From Octopus bimaculoides (lineage: Eukaryota), in contig NC_068994.1 in the NCBI RefSeq assembly GCF_001194135.2, forward strand, positions 19,215,962 to 19,279,961: DNA of 64,000 nt, read 5' to 3'. A program made the translations under genes and the position numbers. Below are positions 13,060 through 24,625 of the stretch, piece by piece; position 1 is the stretch's first letter, and every line of letters starts with the position of its first letter. The notes beneath the pieces were generated by a model. That model had not been told where the DNA came from, did no database searches, and saw nothing but the letters and a program-made list of their open reading frames with translations.

Positions 13060-13345
13060 TCCATGCTAGTGACGTGCAAAAGCACCCATGCTGGTAACAC
13101 GTAAAAGCACCTGTGCCAGTAACACATAAAAGCACCTGTGCTGGTGACACATAATAGCATCTGTGCCAGTGACTGTTAAAGGGCACTCACTACACTCTCA
13201 GAAAGGTTGGCATTAGGAAGGGCTGTAGAAACCGAGCCAAATTCAAACTAGAACCTGGTGCAGCTCTTTGGTTCATCAGTATCAGTCAAGCCATCTAACA
13301 ACCCTTGCCAGCATGGACAGTGGACGTTAAATTATGATGACGATG
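13060..13345 (+). mobile_element. RTE 3' UTR piece with five 25-bp tandem units and (GAT)n tail
   Basis: Units such as ctgtgccagtaacacataaaagcac, then ggttggcattaggaaggg...gcatggacagtggacgttaaattatgatgacgatg. Confidence 0.82.
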
Positions 13346-13624
13346 GATCCCCACAGCCATTCAATGTTTAAACACTAGTTTTATAGATAATTCTTTCAAA
13401 ATTCCTATTTTGTTTTTCACACATTAACTTGTGTATGTAGGTTGAACTATGCAAAATGTTTAAGAAATTTAGCTGTTTTTTGCAATAAATACATCTAAAT
13501 CAAAATTTTTCATGGACCCTTAATATACTTTTGTGGATCCCCAAGTTATTATTTTGCTTGTGTGGAACCCAAAAATCTTATATGGATTCCCTGAGGTCAT
13601 ATGGACCCCAGTTGAGAACCACCG
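13346..13624. mobile_element. hAT-type MITE, one end visible
   Basis: Ends in gttgagaaccaccg (reverse complement of a CAGTGGTTCTCAAC-type TIR) followed by atatagag; the other TIR was not identified. Confidence 0.5.
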
Positions 13625-15299
13625 ATATAGAGGATATTTTGATTAATTTTCTTATTTCCAGTGGCAATAAGCAATGATAATTTGTAATATAAGCTGAAAG
13701 CTACTAGTTAAGGAAAGGTAACAGTCAAATCAATCTTATTACTTAACTGAAACTTGTTTTATTGGCCTCAAAAAGATGAAAGATAAAAACCAAACAATGT
13801 GGTGTTTGAACTGAGTACACAAACGGTTGCAACTAAATGTAACAAACTATTTTGTCTGACACTCCACTGATTATGCCAGAAACAATGTTTGTAGGTCATT
13901 GTTTCAAGTACTCCTAGATGACAGGGGTGGGAACTAGACTAAACCAGCTGAGGTAGAAGATTAACCAACCAATGGGTAGGAAGAGAGTAGTAAGGAGGAA
14001 TTACTGATTGAATGTATTTTTGAAAGATAGAGAAACCTATTCCATTTGCACACAAAATATATATCAAGCTCGAGCTAATAAATAAGGAAACATCTATACA
14101 GTCAATAAGCCTGCTTGAAATAACAGCTAACTGTCTCTCAAATAACACTATTAAAGGGGAAAGACGGAGATAATGTAGTTCTACATACAATGCAGCTAAC
14201 AGAAAAGACTGAATGTGTCATTGGTCACAGCTCTGACCTGATGTTAACAGCAACATAGTTAACAAGTTTGTAAATATAGAAGCGATGTCAGGGGCTTGAA
14301 TGGAAGTTGGCTTATTTATGGGCGGAAAGGAACAAGATGCATCATCAGCCTTCACCTGGCAAATTGTTACTCATTCTCTTTTCTGTCACAGAGCAATAAA
14401 AGAGAAAAGACAAAAAAAAAGGAAATCCTAATAGGAAATGATTATTGTCATAGGAGCTGTTGTCATAGAGACACCTAGACTCTAGTTGGGGACTTACACA
14501 TTTGCTGAGTGACAGGATGGCTAGATGATTGTCCACCATCAATCAAGTTAACACAGAAAAACATTGTTAAAGGAGATTTCTTGAAAAGCCAAACCTGTTT
14601 GGTTCAGTATGGCAGTAAACATATAATTAGACATGAATTTTTCGACATGACAAAGTCTTACTAACTGCAAAAATATTTACTTTCAAAGTTTCTTTAGTAA
14701 AAAAAAAATAATTAGATATTCAGTTTGGACAAAACTTAACACTTGTGAAAATAAAAAAAAAAAGAAATTAAAAATATGGAACCGGTTTCCATTTATCTGT
14801 CGTTTTCTAATCCTTTCTATTTATCTTCTTCCATGTCATGGGTTGGTTGATTCAATAAGTTTGAATACTTTACATCTCAACCTGGATATTTACATATATG
14901 AACATTAGGCCAGTGAAAGAACCTCTAAGAAGTTATTTGATCTCCTAGAAATAGCACCAAAATATTTTTTTCAATCACATATAAAAGGGTAGGGACACAT
15001 TGAATATTGTGGTCCTTGTGAACTACAACTGAATAAAAAGTGTCTAGTCACAGATAAAATGTGGTTTCTTCCTCTCTTTTTTCCTTCTGTCTCAGAGAGC
15101 ATGCAAAGTCCACAGATGCTGTCCATTCATCTCTGAATAAACCATTAAAAATGCGGCCCTACTACCTATTTTTTTGAATTAGTATACTTCAGATGACATA
15201 CTTTATATATCACCATACCAACCAGACTATTGGATGTTGTTATACACCACTGGTTACAATGCACTTACAATGTTACATCTTTTCAAATGATGTTACTCC

Positions 15300-15632
15300 A
15301 CTAATTAGACCAGCAGGCTAACATTTTCCCTGGACAGAACACCAGTTCACCACAGGGTTACTCATTTACAGCTGAGTGGACTGGAGCAGTGTGAAATGAA
15401 GTGTTTTGCTCAAGAACACAATGCACTGTCCAGTCTGGGAATTGAAACCCTGATCTTATGATTATAAGTGCAACACTTTTCAGCTATTGCTCGAACTCAT
15501 TTACAACTGAATGAAGTGAAGCAATTTGAAATGGAGTGTTTTTCTCAAGAACACAACATATCATTGGTCTGGGAATTGCAATCACAATCTTGTGAATGAG
15601 AGTGCAACACTCTAACCACTTGGCTATGCTGT
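15300..15632 (-). mobile_element. Two adjacent partial copies of tRNA-headed SINE family C (V-like core)
   Basis: Minus-strand head gcatagccaagtggttagagtgttgcactc; core ttgagcaaaacacttcatttcacactgctccagtccactcagctgtaaatgagta; the ctgggaattg...agtgcaacac segment occurs twice. Confidence 0.7.
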
Positions 15633-15692
15633 GTATACAGCATAGCCAAGTGGTTAGAGTTTAACTCTCATCTTTAGATGAGAGTTAAACTC
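15609..15692. repeat. Two overlapping perfect inverted repeats (24-bp and 17-bp stems)
   Basis: 15609-15632 pairs with 15637-15660 (loop GTAT); 15657-15673 pairs with 15676-15692 (loop TT). Confidence 0.97.
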
Positions 15693-15791
15693 AATGATGT
15701 CTAGTGTGATACAAGGTTACAACTTTTTTTTATTACAATACTCTGGTTCATTTTTGTTATTGCTGTTCTTGTTAATGTTTAACTGTTCTAA

Positions 15792-15989
15792 GGCAGCAAG
15801 CTGGCAGAGTTGTTAGCACACCAGGCAAAATGCTGAGTGGCATTTCGTCCGTCTTCATATTCCACTGAGTTTGACTTTGCCTTTCATCCTTTTGGGGTTG
15901 ATAAAATAAGTACTAGTTAAGCTCTGGGCTCGGTGCAATTGACTTACCTCCTCCCTGAAATTGCTGGCCTTGTGCCAAAATTTGAAATC
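15792..15989 (+). mobile_element. SINE family B with 18-bp TSD (2 mismatches)
   Basis: aatgtttaactgttctaa at 15774-15791 versus aatatttaactcttctaa at 15990-16007. Confidence 0.9.
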
Positions 15990-16166
15990 AATATTTAACT
16001 CTTCTAAACCACATCATGCACTTTACTGTTCTACCACCTCATATACATCAGTGTTCTGCCAATACTGTACACTTCACTGTCCTATCAACCCTGCACTCTG
16101 CAAAAGCATTGTTGGTATTCTACCAACATCACAAATGTAACTCATCTACCAATACTACATTCGATG

Positions 16167-16390
16167 TGGTGAGCTGGCAGAATCATAAGCACGCCAGGCA
16201 AAATGCTTAGTGGCATTTAGTCTGTCTTTACGTTCTGAGTTCAAATTCCACTGAGGTCATCTTTAACTTTCATACTCTCAATGTTAATAAAATAAATACT
16301 AGTTGATCACTGAAAGGAAGTGGGGGTTGTGAGGTAATCAGCTTAGCCTCTCCCACAATATTGCTGGCCTTGTGCCAAAATTTGAAACCA
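16167..16390 (+). mobile_element. SINE family B
   Basis: ggtgagctggcagaatc head, gagttcaaattccactgaggtca core, ccttgtgccaaaatttgaaacc tail. Confidence 0.85.
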
Positions 16391-16859
16391 ATATTGCATT
16401 CAACTAATCTACTAATGTCACACACTTCACTATTCTATCAATGTCACACGCCTGACTCATCTCTAAACATTATGCTTTACTATTCACCAATCATCACTCA
16501 TGCTGCTGTTTGATGATCGTCAGACACCAAGTTCTTACAGTTCTAACAATATTACATAAATGCCAACAAGAAAATTTCGAAATAGGTGTAACACCTACAC
16601 ATTGCAGAAGCAAAATGTATTTTTCGTAAACAAAAATCTTCACAACATCTTTGAAATGGGGACTATATCTTTTGACAACAAACCACTTTTCAAAAGACAG
16701 GGTGTAGATAACTATGAACACTAGGTGAATGTGTTGATGTGTTATTACTGCATATAGGTCTGTTCTAGAAGAGCCAATTGAAAATACCTGGGAACAGCAA
16801 CAACAAAATTACACTCACAGAGAGAGAGTGTGTGTGTATGTGTGTGTATATATATATAT

Positions 16860-17364
16860 GGACACTAAACTCCGCTTGTGAAGACCTGTTGAGGCAAGTG
16901 AAATCGAAATCGAACTAAATTTGACGACTGGCCCCCATGCCAGCGTCTCCTTCATTGGACACTAAACTTTGCTTGCGAAGACCTGTTCGGGCAAGCAAAA
17001 GCAAAATCGTGATGGCACCACTGTTCGAGTGTGATCGTTACCAGCATCGCGTTCCTGGCACGTGAAAAGACATTCGAGCGAGATCGTTGCCAGTGCCGCT
17101 GGACTGGCTCCTGTGCAGGTGGCACGTAAAATACACCATTTTGAGTGTGGCCATTGCCAGTGCTGCCTGACTGGTCTTCGTGCCGGTGGCACGTAAAAGC
17201 ACCCAGTACACTCTCGGAGTGGTTGGCGTTAGGAAGGGCATCCAGCTGTAGAAACTCTACCAAATCGGATTGGAGCCTGGTGTAGCCATCTGGTTCACCA
17301 ATCCTCAGTCAAATCATCCAACCCATGCTAGCATGGAAAGCGGATGTTAAACGATGATGATGAT
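16860..17364 (+). mobile_element. RTE long 3' UTR copy with (GAT)n tail, CpG-rich
   Basis: Duplicated ggacactaaact..gaagacctgtt block, tandem units, ggttggcgttaggaagggcatccagctg, and gcatggaaagcggatgttaaacgatgatgatgat; collinear with 42379-42830. Confidence 0.9.
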
Positions 17365-17395
17365 ATAAATATATATATATATATATATATAAAGT

Positions 17396-17790
17396 GCAGG
17401 CATGGCTGTGTGGTAAGAAGCTTGCTTTCCAACCACATGGTTCCAGGTTCAGTCCCATTGCATGGTACCTTGGGCAAGTGTCTTCTACTATAGTCTCGGG
17501 CTGACCAAAGCCTTATAAGTGGATTTGGTAGATGGAAACTGAAAGAAGCCCATCATGTGTGCGTGTGTGTGTGTGTGTGCATATTTGTGTCTTTTCCTCT
17601 ACCACCCCCAACACCACCCCATTGCTTGTCAGCCTATGTTGGTGTGTTTACATCCCTGTAACTTAGCAGTTCAGCAAAAACGACCCATAGAATAAGTATT
17701 AGGCTAACAAAGAATAAGTCCTTGGGTTGATTTGTTCGACAAAAACCACTTAAATTGGTGCTCCAGCATGGCCACAGTCAACTGACTGAA
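17396..17790 (+). mobile_element. Full-length SINE family A
   Basis: gcaggcatggctgtgtggtaagaagc head, ggttcagtccc B box, ttgggcaagtgtctt core, catggccacagtcaactgactgaa tail. Confidence 0.92.
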
Positions 17791-18049
17791 TTCACAAACA
17801 CACACACACAATTGGTTTGAAAATGACATAATTATGGTAGGACTGGAACTTTATTATGCATAGAATAAGTAGTAGTAGTAGTAGTAGTATAACAACAACA
17901 TCTGAACTATGAGGCAACTTTTGTTTGTTTTTAGTTATCTTTTATTTTTTTCTCATTTTTATTTCTTTCACATTCTAAAGCTTAGGGTCTGGTACTTACT
18001 GAACAATTATCGAAGAAGAAAGAAGAGAAAAAGCATTTTTATGTCCATT

Positions 18050-18116
18050 TTTCAATGCTATCAGGAGTTTGGCGTTAGGAAGGGCATCCAGCTGTAGAAA
18101 CTCTGCCAAATCAGAC
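18050..18116 (+). mobile_element. RTE 3' UTR fragment ending at a 10-N gap (18117-18126)
   Basis: gttggcgttaggaagggcatccagctgtagaaactctgccaaatcagac. Confidence 0.8.
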
Positions 18117-18126
18117 NNNNNNNNNN

Positions 18127-18297
18127 GGCGATTTTCTTTGTCTTCTCTTCTTTGGACTTTTTCTATATTTCTGATGAAGAGCTCCGCTCGAAACGTGAAA
18201 TCCTCTCTCTTTTCTTTCTTTTCCTGAGCATCCAATAACACTGTACTTATTCCACGTCCTTGCATTGTTGTTTTTTCCTGCTTGTTCATGTTTGGAT

Positions 18298-18302
<5 letters not shown>
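18127..18302 (+). mobile_element. Hammerhead-bearing short element ending in (TA)n (Penelope pseudo-LTR or retrozyme-like)
   Basis: Pyrimidine-rich module containing the hammerhead below and ending ggattcact directly into (AT)n; the left end is lost in the gap. Confidence 0.6.
18167..18201 (+). ncRNA. Minimal type I hammerhead ribozyme motif (cleavage-site variant GUG)
   Basis: ATTT-CTGATGA-A-GAGC(TCC)GCTC-GAA-ACGT-G-AAAT: intact core, 4-bp stem II, palindromic ACGT stem III and 4-bp stem I. Confidence 0.78.
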
Positions 18303-18333
<31 letters not shown>

Positions 18334-19250
18334 TGTGTGTGTGTGTGATAGCACAGCGACAAAGGAGTGTGTATAAGTGTGTGTGTTGCAGAATGAAAAC
18401 AATATCCATCAGGGTGTTCCTTTCTGTACAGTTAATTAATTTATCACGAAGTCTTTACTTCAATAAATAACCCTTGGAAAATTGGACTTTCACATAATCA
18501 GATCCTCTAGGTCTATGCTGATCCTTCGCAGCATGTTTCTAGCTCTCTCTTTCTTTTTCATATTTACCTTTTTCTCTCACATTCTCACTCACTTTTATTT
18601 CACCCCCTCAGTTTGTCTGCCTCTGCCTCTGCCTCCTTTGCACATGAATATAAGAATGTGTGTGTTGTAGTTTAAGAAACTGAACAACTAGGCTGTTTTC
18701 AATTATTTACAAATGAATTTATCAGAGAAAGTAATTGTTGGAAACAGTAATCAAGAGGCTGACAAATTTCTCTTCCTGAATAAATACACAGACAAAAGTT
18801 AAGGATACCAGGTATATCTTTACATTTCAAACATATGTTGTTTTATAAAGGTACAAGTTATAAATAAAAAAATTCATGGTAGTATTTCATAATGTCTAAA
18901 TTAATAACCATATGGCCATAAAAGTCTCAGACTTTGTACATAAATACTCAATCCATTTGAAAGCAGTGATAGCAGTTGGGCAAACATATCCCAATTTAAG
19001 GTCATAAATGTAAAGGTTATTAGAATGCTGAAGGAGAGACAAGAAAGAAAAATATTTTAAAAAGCGGTTGAAGAAACAGAAGAAGAAAACAAGAAAATAG
19101 GAAAAATGTTGAAGAAAAATAAAAAAGAAAGGAAAGAGGAAAAATAAAAATATAGAACATATGAGGTGTCCTTCACACTAATGTGTTTGCTATGATGGGT
19201 TGTGGTTTGGAGGCTGGACTTACCAGTTGACCAGTATGTATATGTTAATG

Positions 19251-19646
19251 TGAGGACATTTTGTAAAAATTTCACTTTTAGAGTTGAAGCAGAAATTAGA
19301 GGCTTTTAAGCTTTATAGAATTTGTGTTAGACAGAGTCTGCACTTTTAGACTTATACAGGCCTTTCATTTCTCAAACCCAAGCATTCTTCATTTGAATTG
19401 GAAGTTAACCTCTCTGTTTAAATATAACATATATAGCCTGCCCGTTTAGATAATTGACAGATGACAATTATAGAATCTTTGCTTAAGTCAGTGCTCTTAA
19501 CTGGAAAGTGTTTGAAAAACTAAAGTTTATGTAAATGGGTGTAAGTGCAGACTTTATCCAACAGAGAGGACACAAATTCTACAAAGCTTAAAAGCCTCAA
19601 TTGCTTATCTCAACACTAAAAATAAGATTTTTGTAAGATGTTCTCA
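19251..19646. mobile_element. Foldback/MITE-like element with about 100-130-bp diverged inverted arms
   Basis: 19251-19345 matches the reverse complement of 19543-19646 (gaggcttttaagcttt.tagaatttgtg...agtctgcactt); weaker pairing continues inward. Confidence 0.75.
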
Positions 19647-20050
19647 AATGCATAGACACATAATCATCTATATTTTCTTTTCACCTTTTCTGTGTGCTTT
19701 TCTTCTTGTCTCTTTTATTTTCTTTCTTTAAAGACTTTGTCTCTCCAACACATTCTAATAACCTTAATGTTTATGAACAGATGTCTTCACTCATCTACTA
19801 TCAATGACTTTATATTGACTTCAAGTTAAGTACTAGATGTTTATGGACATATGGTTATCAATTTATATACATTGCCAACATCAGCACCAATACTCACTGT
19901 AACACAATTCTTACTCATCAAAACTATATTCTTGGACAATATATCATAAAATGGGGGAGAGAATTGAGTTAAATGATTTCCAGAGTTATGGCGTCTGATG
20001 CTTGTTTTTCATCTCCCTTATCATGAAATGGAGTTAGTATATATATGTAG

Positions 20051-20694
20051 TTCTTAGAGCCATTTGGTATCTATGTCTAGCATGTGGCACTACTCATTAG
20101 TGTCCTTACTATAATTATATTTATATAATTATATATTTTGCATTAATTGTTACCTACATGGTTTTATTACATGCTGGCTACTTCCTTAAATCTTATAATG
20201 ATTTCATCCTTGATTATATATAACTATAAATCACTCTAACCAATATATTCACTCTGGTATTATTTTTGGTTGTATACGCACATGGTTGAAGGGAATGAAT
20301 TAGATTTAGCTTGTATATAAATGTGAACATTTGTATATATGCTTGTGGATACGTGCTATTCATATTGGTATATATTCATGTAAAATGTGTTATACTATAC
20401 TGATGACAGTAAATAGATTTACATCTCTAAACTAGTAATTGATCTATAGTTAAGCCCTTTTTTAAAAAAATCTTATTTAATTGCTTACCTTGCTTTCAAC
20501 CCATGCTAACAGGGTAAATAATATAATTCTTAGAGTCATTTAGTGTCTATTTCTAGCATGTGGCACTACTCATTAGCACCTTTATTATAATTATATTTAT
20601 ATAATTATATATTTTGTATTAATTGTTACTTACATGGTTAAAGTACAAGCTGGCTGCTTGATAAAATCCTATAAAGATTTTATCCTTGATTATA
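20051..20694. repeat. Diverged direct duplication of about 168 bp (20051-20218 and 20527-20694)
   Basis: Shared tctagcatgtggcactactcattag, ataattatatttatataattatatattttg and atccttgattata. Confidence 0.92.
20634..20668 (-). other. Candidate 35-nt exon (unverified)
   Basis: ctttatag acceptor, CAT|gtaagt donor, reading (G)FYQAASLYFNH; the duplicate copy has an altered acceptor and TAA TAA in this frame. Confidence 0.22.
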
Positions 20695-20697
20695 CAA

Positions 20698-20730
<33 letters not shown>

Positions 20731-20809
20731 TGTATATATATATATACACACACATGAATATATATATACATACATACAATCACATGTATATATATATATG
20801 TATATATGA

Positions 20810-20917
20810 TCAGATTGGAGCCTGGTTCAGCCATCTAGCTCGCCAGTCCCCAGTCAAACCGTCCAACCCATGCCAGCATGGAAAGTGGACGTTAAACGGT
20901 GATGATGATGATGATGA
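20810..20917 (+). mobile_element. RTE 3' terminal fragment with (GAT)n tail
   Basis: cagattggagcctgg...ccaacccatgccagcatggaaagtggacgttaaacggtgatgatgat. Confidence 0.85.
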
Positions 20918-21398
20918 CATACATATATACATGCAAAAACACACACACTCATGTATATATATATATATGATTAATTTGATAAAGGAAAAGAGAAGTCAAA
21001 TTCATGTTACAAATATTTCTGTAAATGAATGTTTATTTCTATGCTGCCACATATAAAGTGATGCAATACATGCAGTATATGCAACATATGTAATGATAAA
21101 ATTACTGTTCATTCACTTCCTCAGACATTAGAAACACAATCAGTTGACTGGCATAGAATAAAACCATGTTCATCTATGAAAACACTCGTAAAATCAATTT
21201 GACTTCTCTTTTCCTCAATTAAATTGATTATATTTCACTCTGCCAGGCTCCTAATATGCCTTCTCGATGATACCTTGAACCATCTTAGAGATTTTTTTTT
21301 TCATCATTTGTTGAAATATAACTGATCCTCTTTTGGTTTTAGAATATTATGCAAGCCAGATTCCTACATGAAATGCTGATGAGGTGATTGCTTGGATT

Positions 21399-21402
<4 letters not shown>

Positions 21403-21448
<46 letters not shown>
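21403..21448. repeat. (TA)n microsatellite
   Basis: Direct reading of the sequence. Confidence 0.97.
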
Positions 21449-21451
<3 letters not shown>

Positions 21452-22311
21452 GCATACACACACATACATAAAGTAGTAGGATTTGTATGTATGTGCATGT
21501 GGTAGCTGCACTATCATAAATGGGAAGTTCAACCTATTTTAGGCATCATTAGGACTAAATTTTAACACATTACCTAAATTAATTTCTTATGCTGGAAGCA
21601 TTCAATTGCATATCAATTTTCAGTTTGCAAACAGCTGGCAATGAATTTCTAGGGGATGGCAATTGTAATTAAACATATAATTTTAATTTAATCCAGAGCA
21701 GTTTTACAACGAAAATAAAGGATAAAAGATAAGAAATTCAATATTAATAGGGTGTTAATTGCTTAGCTTATGCCTTCAGTAATTGTAACATCATTTCCTA
21801 TTGATTAATCTTTTCTGACAAACAAAATCAAAAGATGGGAACTGGTTCCTCTTTCGGCTAAACAAGAATTTTATAGTTCTTTGTTAAAATGTATGCTGTG
21901 TGCTTAGTAGTCTTTATTAATGTTGTATGAGGTAAAAAAAAAACAAAAAAATGAATGCTGTAGAGTTAAAGTAATAAACTTCCAGCAAGCCTGGTCAGCA
22001 ACAAAAGCTTTGGTTCCCAGTCTTCTGTTTTCATTAACATTTTTAAGCAAAGTCTTAATGACATAGGATTTTGTTCTCCATACCTTATATCTAAATGTGA
22101 GGCCATGTGCTGAGGAAGCCATTTCGTGATGTTATCTAAATTTCACTGGAAGACTAATAGTTTTGCCATAACTTGCTGTCTGAACAAAACATACAAGATG
22201 TGGACACTGGTTAGCAGAGTTGATAGTATCAACAAAGTAAATCTACTAACTATATTATACAATTTTTCCTCATGCCCATTATAATCACACACACACACAC
22301 TCAAAGTACAA

Positions 22312-22343
<32 letters not shown>

Positions 22344-22348
<5 letters not shown>

Positions 22349-22700
22349 TCGCCAAGCCAACATGGCAGTCCCAAAATTAGGACGAAAGCTGCCGTGAATT
22401 AGCTCCAAGAAGCCATCGCCTCTAGCTAGCTATGTGACACACGAAACCTGTGTCCTTTATAACCTTCGAACAGGGGAGGTCAGCAGTGTCCCCCTGCTGG
22501 TTTGGCATCTGCAGACTAGACTAGTTTCAGGGTGTTGCCCCTTGTCAATGCAGAGTAGCCACACACACACACACACACACACATGGAGGGTAGTATGATC
22601 TGAAAGATCCAGGTATAGGAAATTAGTAAGCTTCAACCATGTACACATCAAGTATGGATGACAAGAGGTGGACATTATACAATAAAGAGAGTTTAATAAC
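22344..22700 (+). mobile_element. LTR-like element starting AGTTA inside (TA)n (possible solo gypsy-type LTR)
   Basis: Begins AGTTAT directly after (TA)n, GC-richer than its flanks, AATAAA at 22681-22686 and ATAAC at 22696-22700; the right end is imperfect. Confidence 0.45.
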
Positions 22701-23235
22701 CATCATAGGTTATATACATATTGTCCTATATTGAAATCAATGGAAATTTTGATAAGCTGCCAGTCAATATACAACTCACAGTTTAGCAACTAAAATTGCT
22801 AAATATGTGGATAAAAATTCAAGAATGTAAGGAATGGAAAAGGGAAATAAAGACTACATCTGTTTTGCAGTGAAGCAATGTTTGTTACATAACTTGTGAC
22901 ACACACAAAACTCGTTTAGCTAATCCTCATGACTGATTACTCTCAAGTTCTTTTTTTACATCATCACATAGAGATGAGTAAATAATTCACCAATTTAGCC
23001 ACAAAACAAATGGTAAGTTGAAAACAACAAAATCAAATGACTGTGGATAAATTTGTAAATCATTTACTCTTCTCTACATGAAGATGTAAACAATTCAAAG
23101 ATAACTGGACCTGAGAATTAGCTAAATGGGTTTTGTGTCTGTTACAAATTATGTAACAAACATTATTCTGCAATGAAACATATACAGTCTTTATTTACCT
23201 TTTCCATTCCTTGCATATATATATATATATATATA

Positions 23236-23528
23236 NNNNNNNNNNNNNNNNNNNNNNNNNNNNNNNNNNNNNNNNNNNNNNNNNNNNNNNNNNNNNNNNN
23301 NNNNNNNNNNNNNNNNNNNNNNNNNNNNNNNNNNNNNNNNNNNNNNNNNNNNNNNNNNNNNNNNNNNNNNNNNNNNNNNNNNNNNNNNNNNNNNNNNNNN
23401 NNNNNNNNNNNNNNNNNNNNNNNNNNNNNNNNNNNNNNNNNNNNNNNNNNNNNNNNNNNNNNNNNNNNNNNNNNNNNNNNNNNNNNNNNNNNNNNNNNNN
23501 NNNNNNNNNNNNNNNNNNNNNNNNNNNN
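23236..23528. other. Assembly gap (293 N) next to (TA)n
   Basis: N run. Confidence 0.99.
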
Positions 23529-23622
23529 ATAGTCAAAATTCCTCCTCAAATAAAATTCCGTCTAAGGGACAAAACCCTAATAATATCATTAATTATAAAC
23601 AATCACGTAATATCATTATACG

Positions 23623-23664
<42 letters not shown>

Positions 23665-24444
23665 AAATAATCAGCAGAAGTTACAGAGTGACTCAAGGGC
23701 TGAGAGTTTAATACATGTGTGTATATACAAACATACACTGAAGTTGTATTGATAATAATGCAAAAGTGGGCATAACTTTTTACTGACACAGGTCAGTCAA
23801 ATTACATATGTTAATACAGTAACTCTTCTTCCTGTACTCCCATCTACCACATTTACTCCACAAGGCATTGGTCAACTGGAGACTATAGAAAAAGAGGACT
23901 GCCTAAAATGCAACACAGTAGGATCAAACCCAGAACTACATAGTTGCAAAGCAAACTTAGTTACATAACCATAGGATAAAGCACAGCTCTGTGATAGGGT
24001 ATTCTTAAAACTTCTGTTTGCAAAGCAGTATTCTGGAGCTGAGCATAGATAAATTCAATGCATATCAAAGGTTGCAAATCAAACACACACTTTTGAAACA
24101 TATGCAATGAAATCCTGGACTGGAAAACAAATAATATAATATAATTTTCTATAAAATTATAGCTATGTAGATATATCTACAGAATTATAAATATACTATA
24201 ACTGAAGCCATCTTGATTTTAAAAAAAAAAGCCCTTGTGTCCTTAACAGATAGGCAATGGCAGAACAAGACAATTTAGGCTTTGTAAATAAGTGTCAGGC
24301 GTCTTTACTATATTGTGTGATCAAGCAGTATTTGACATCAGACAAATGTTAAGTCAAGAAGAACTGCTTCTGTGAAATTAAACTAAGAAAGCATACAATT
24401 TTATACATATGAATTTCAAAACTAAATCTTCATGCTCTTTTCTA

Positions 24445-24625
24445 CTCTAGGCACAAGGCCTGAATTTAAAAAATTGTTTTTGGTGGGGGTGGGGGCAGTT
24501 GATTAGATTGACCCTAGTATGCAACTGGTACATAATTTATTAACCCCGAAAGGATAAAAGGCAAAGTCGACTTTGGTGGAATTTGAACTCAGAACATAAA
24601 GAAAGACAAAATACTGCAAAGCAGT
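24445..24625 (-). mobile_element. SINE family B
   Basis: ggcacaaggcc...ggcaaagtcgactttggtggaatttgaactcagaac. Confidence 0.82.

Noticed and set aside
13060-13190. 25-bp repeats resembling a CRISPR array
   Set aside because: The units are contiguous with no spacers, are sub-units of the RTE 3' UTR repeat, and the context is eukaryotic with no cas genes.
17396-17470. SINE heads as tRNA genes
   Set aside because: A and B boxes are present, but there is no cloverleaf and they continue into SINE core and tail.
23163-23666. Long ORFs here and at 36895-37612 and 53265-53653
   Set aside because: They are artefacts of N-runs and dinucleotide repeats.
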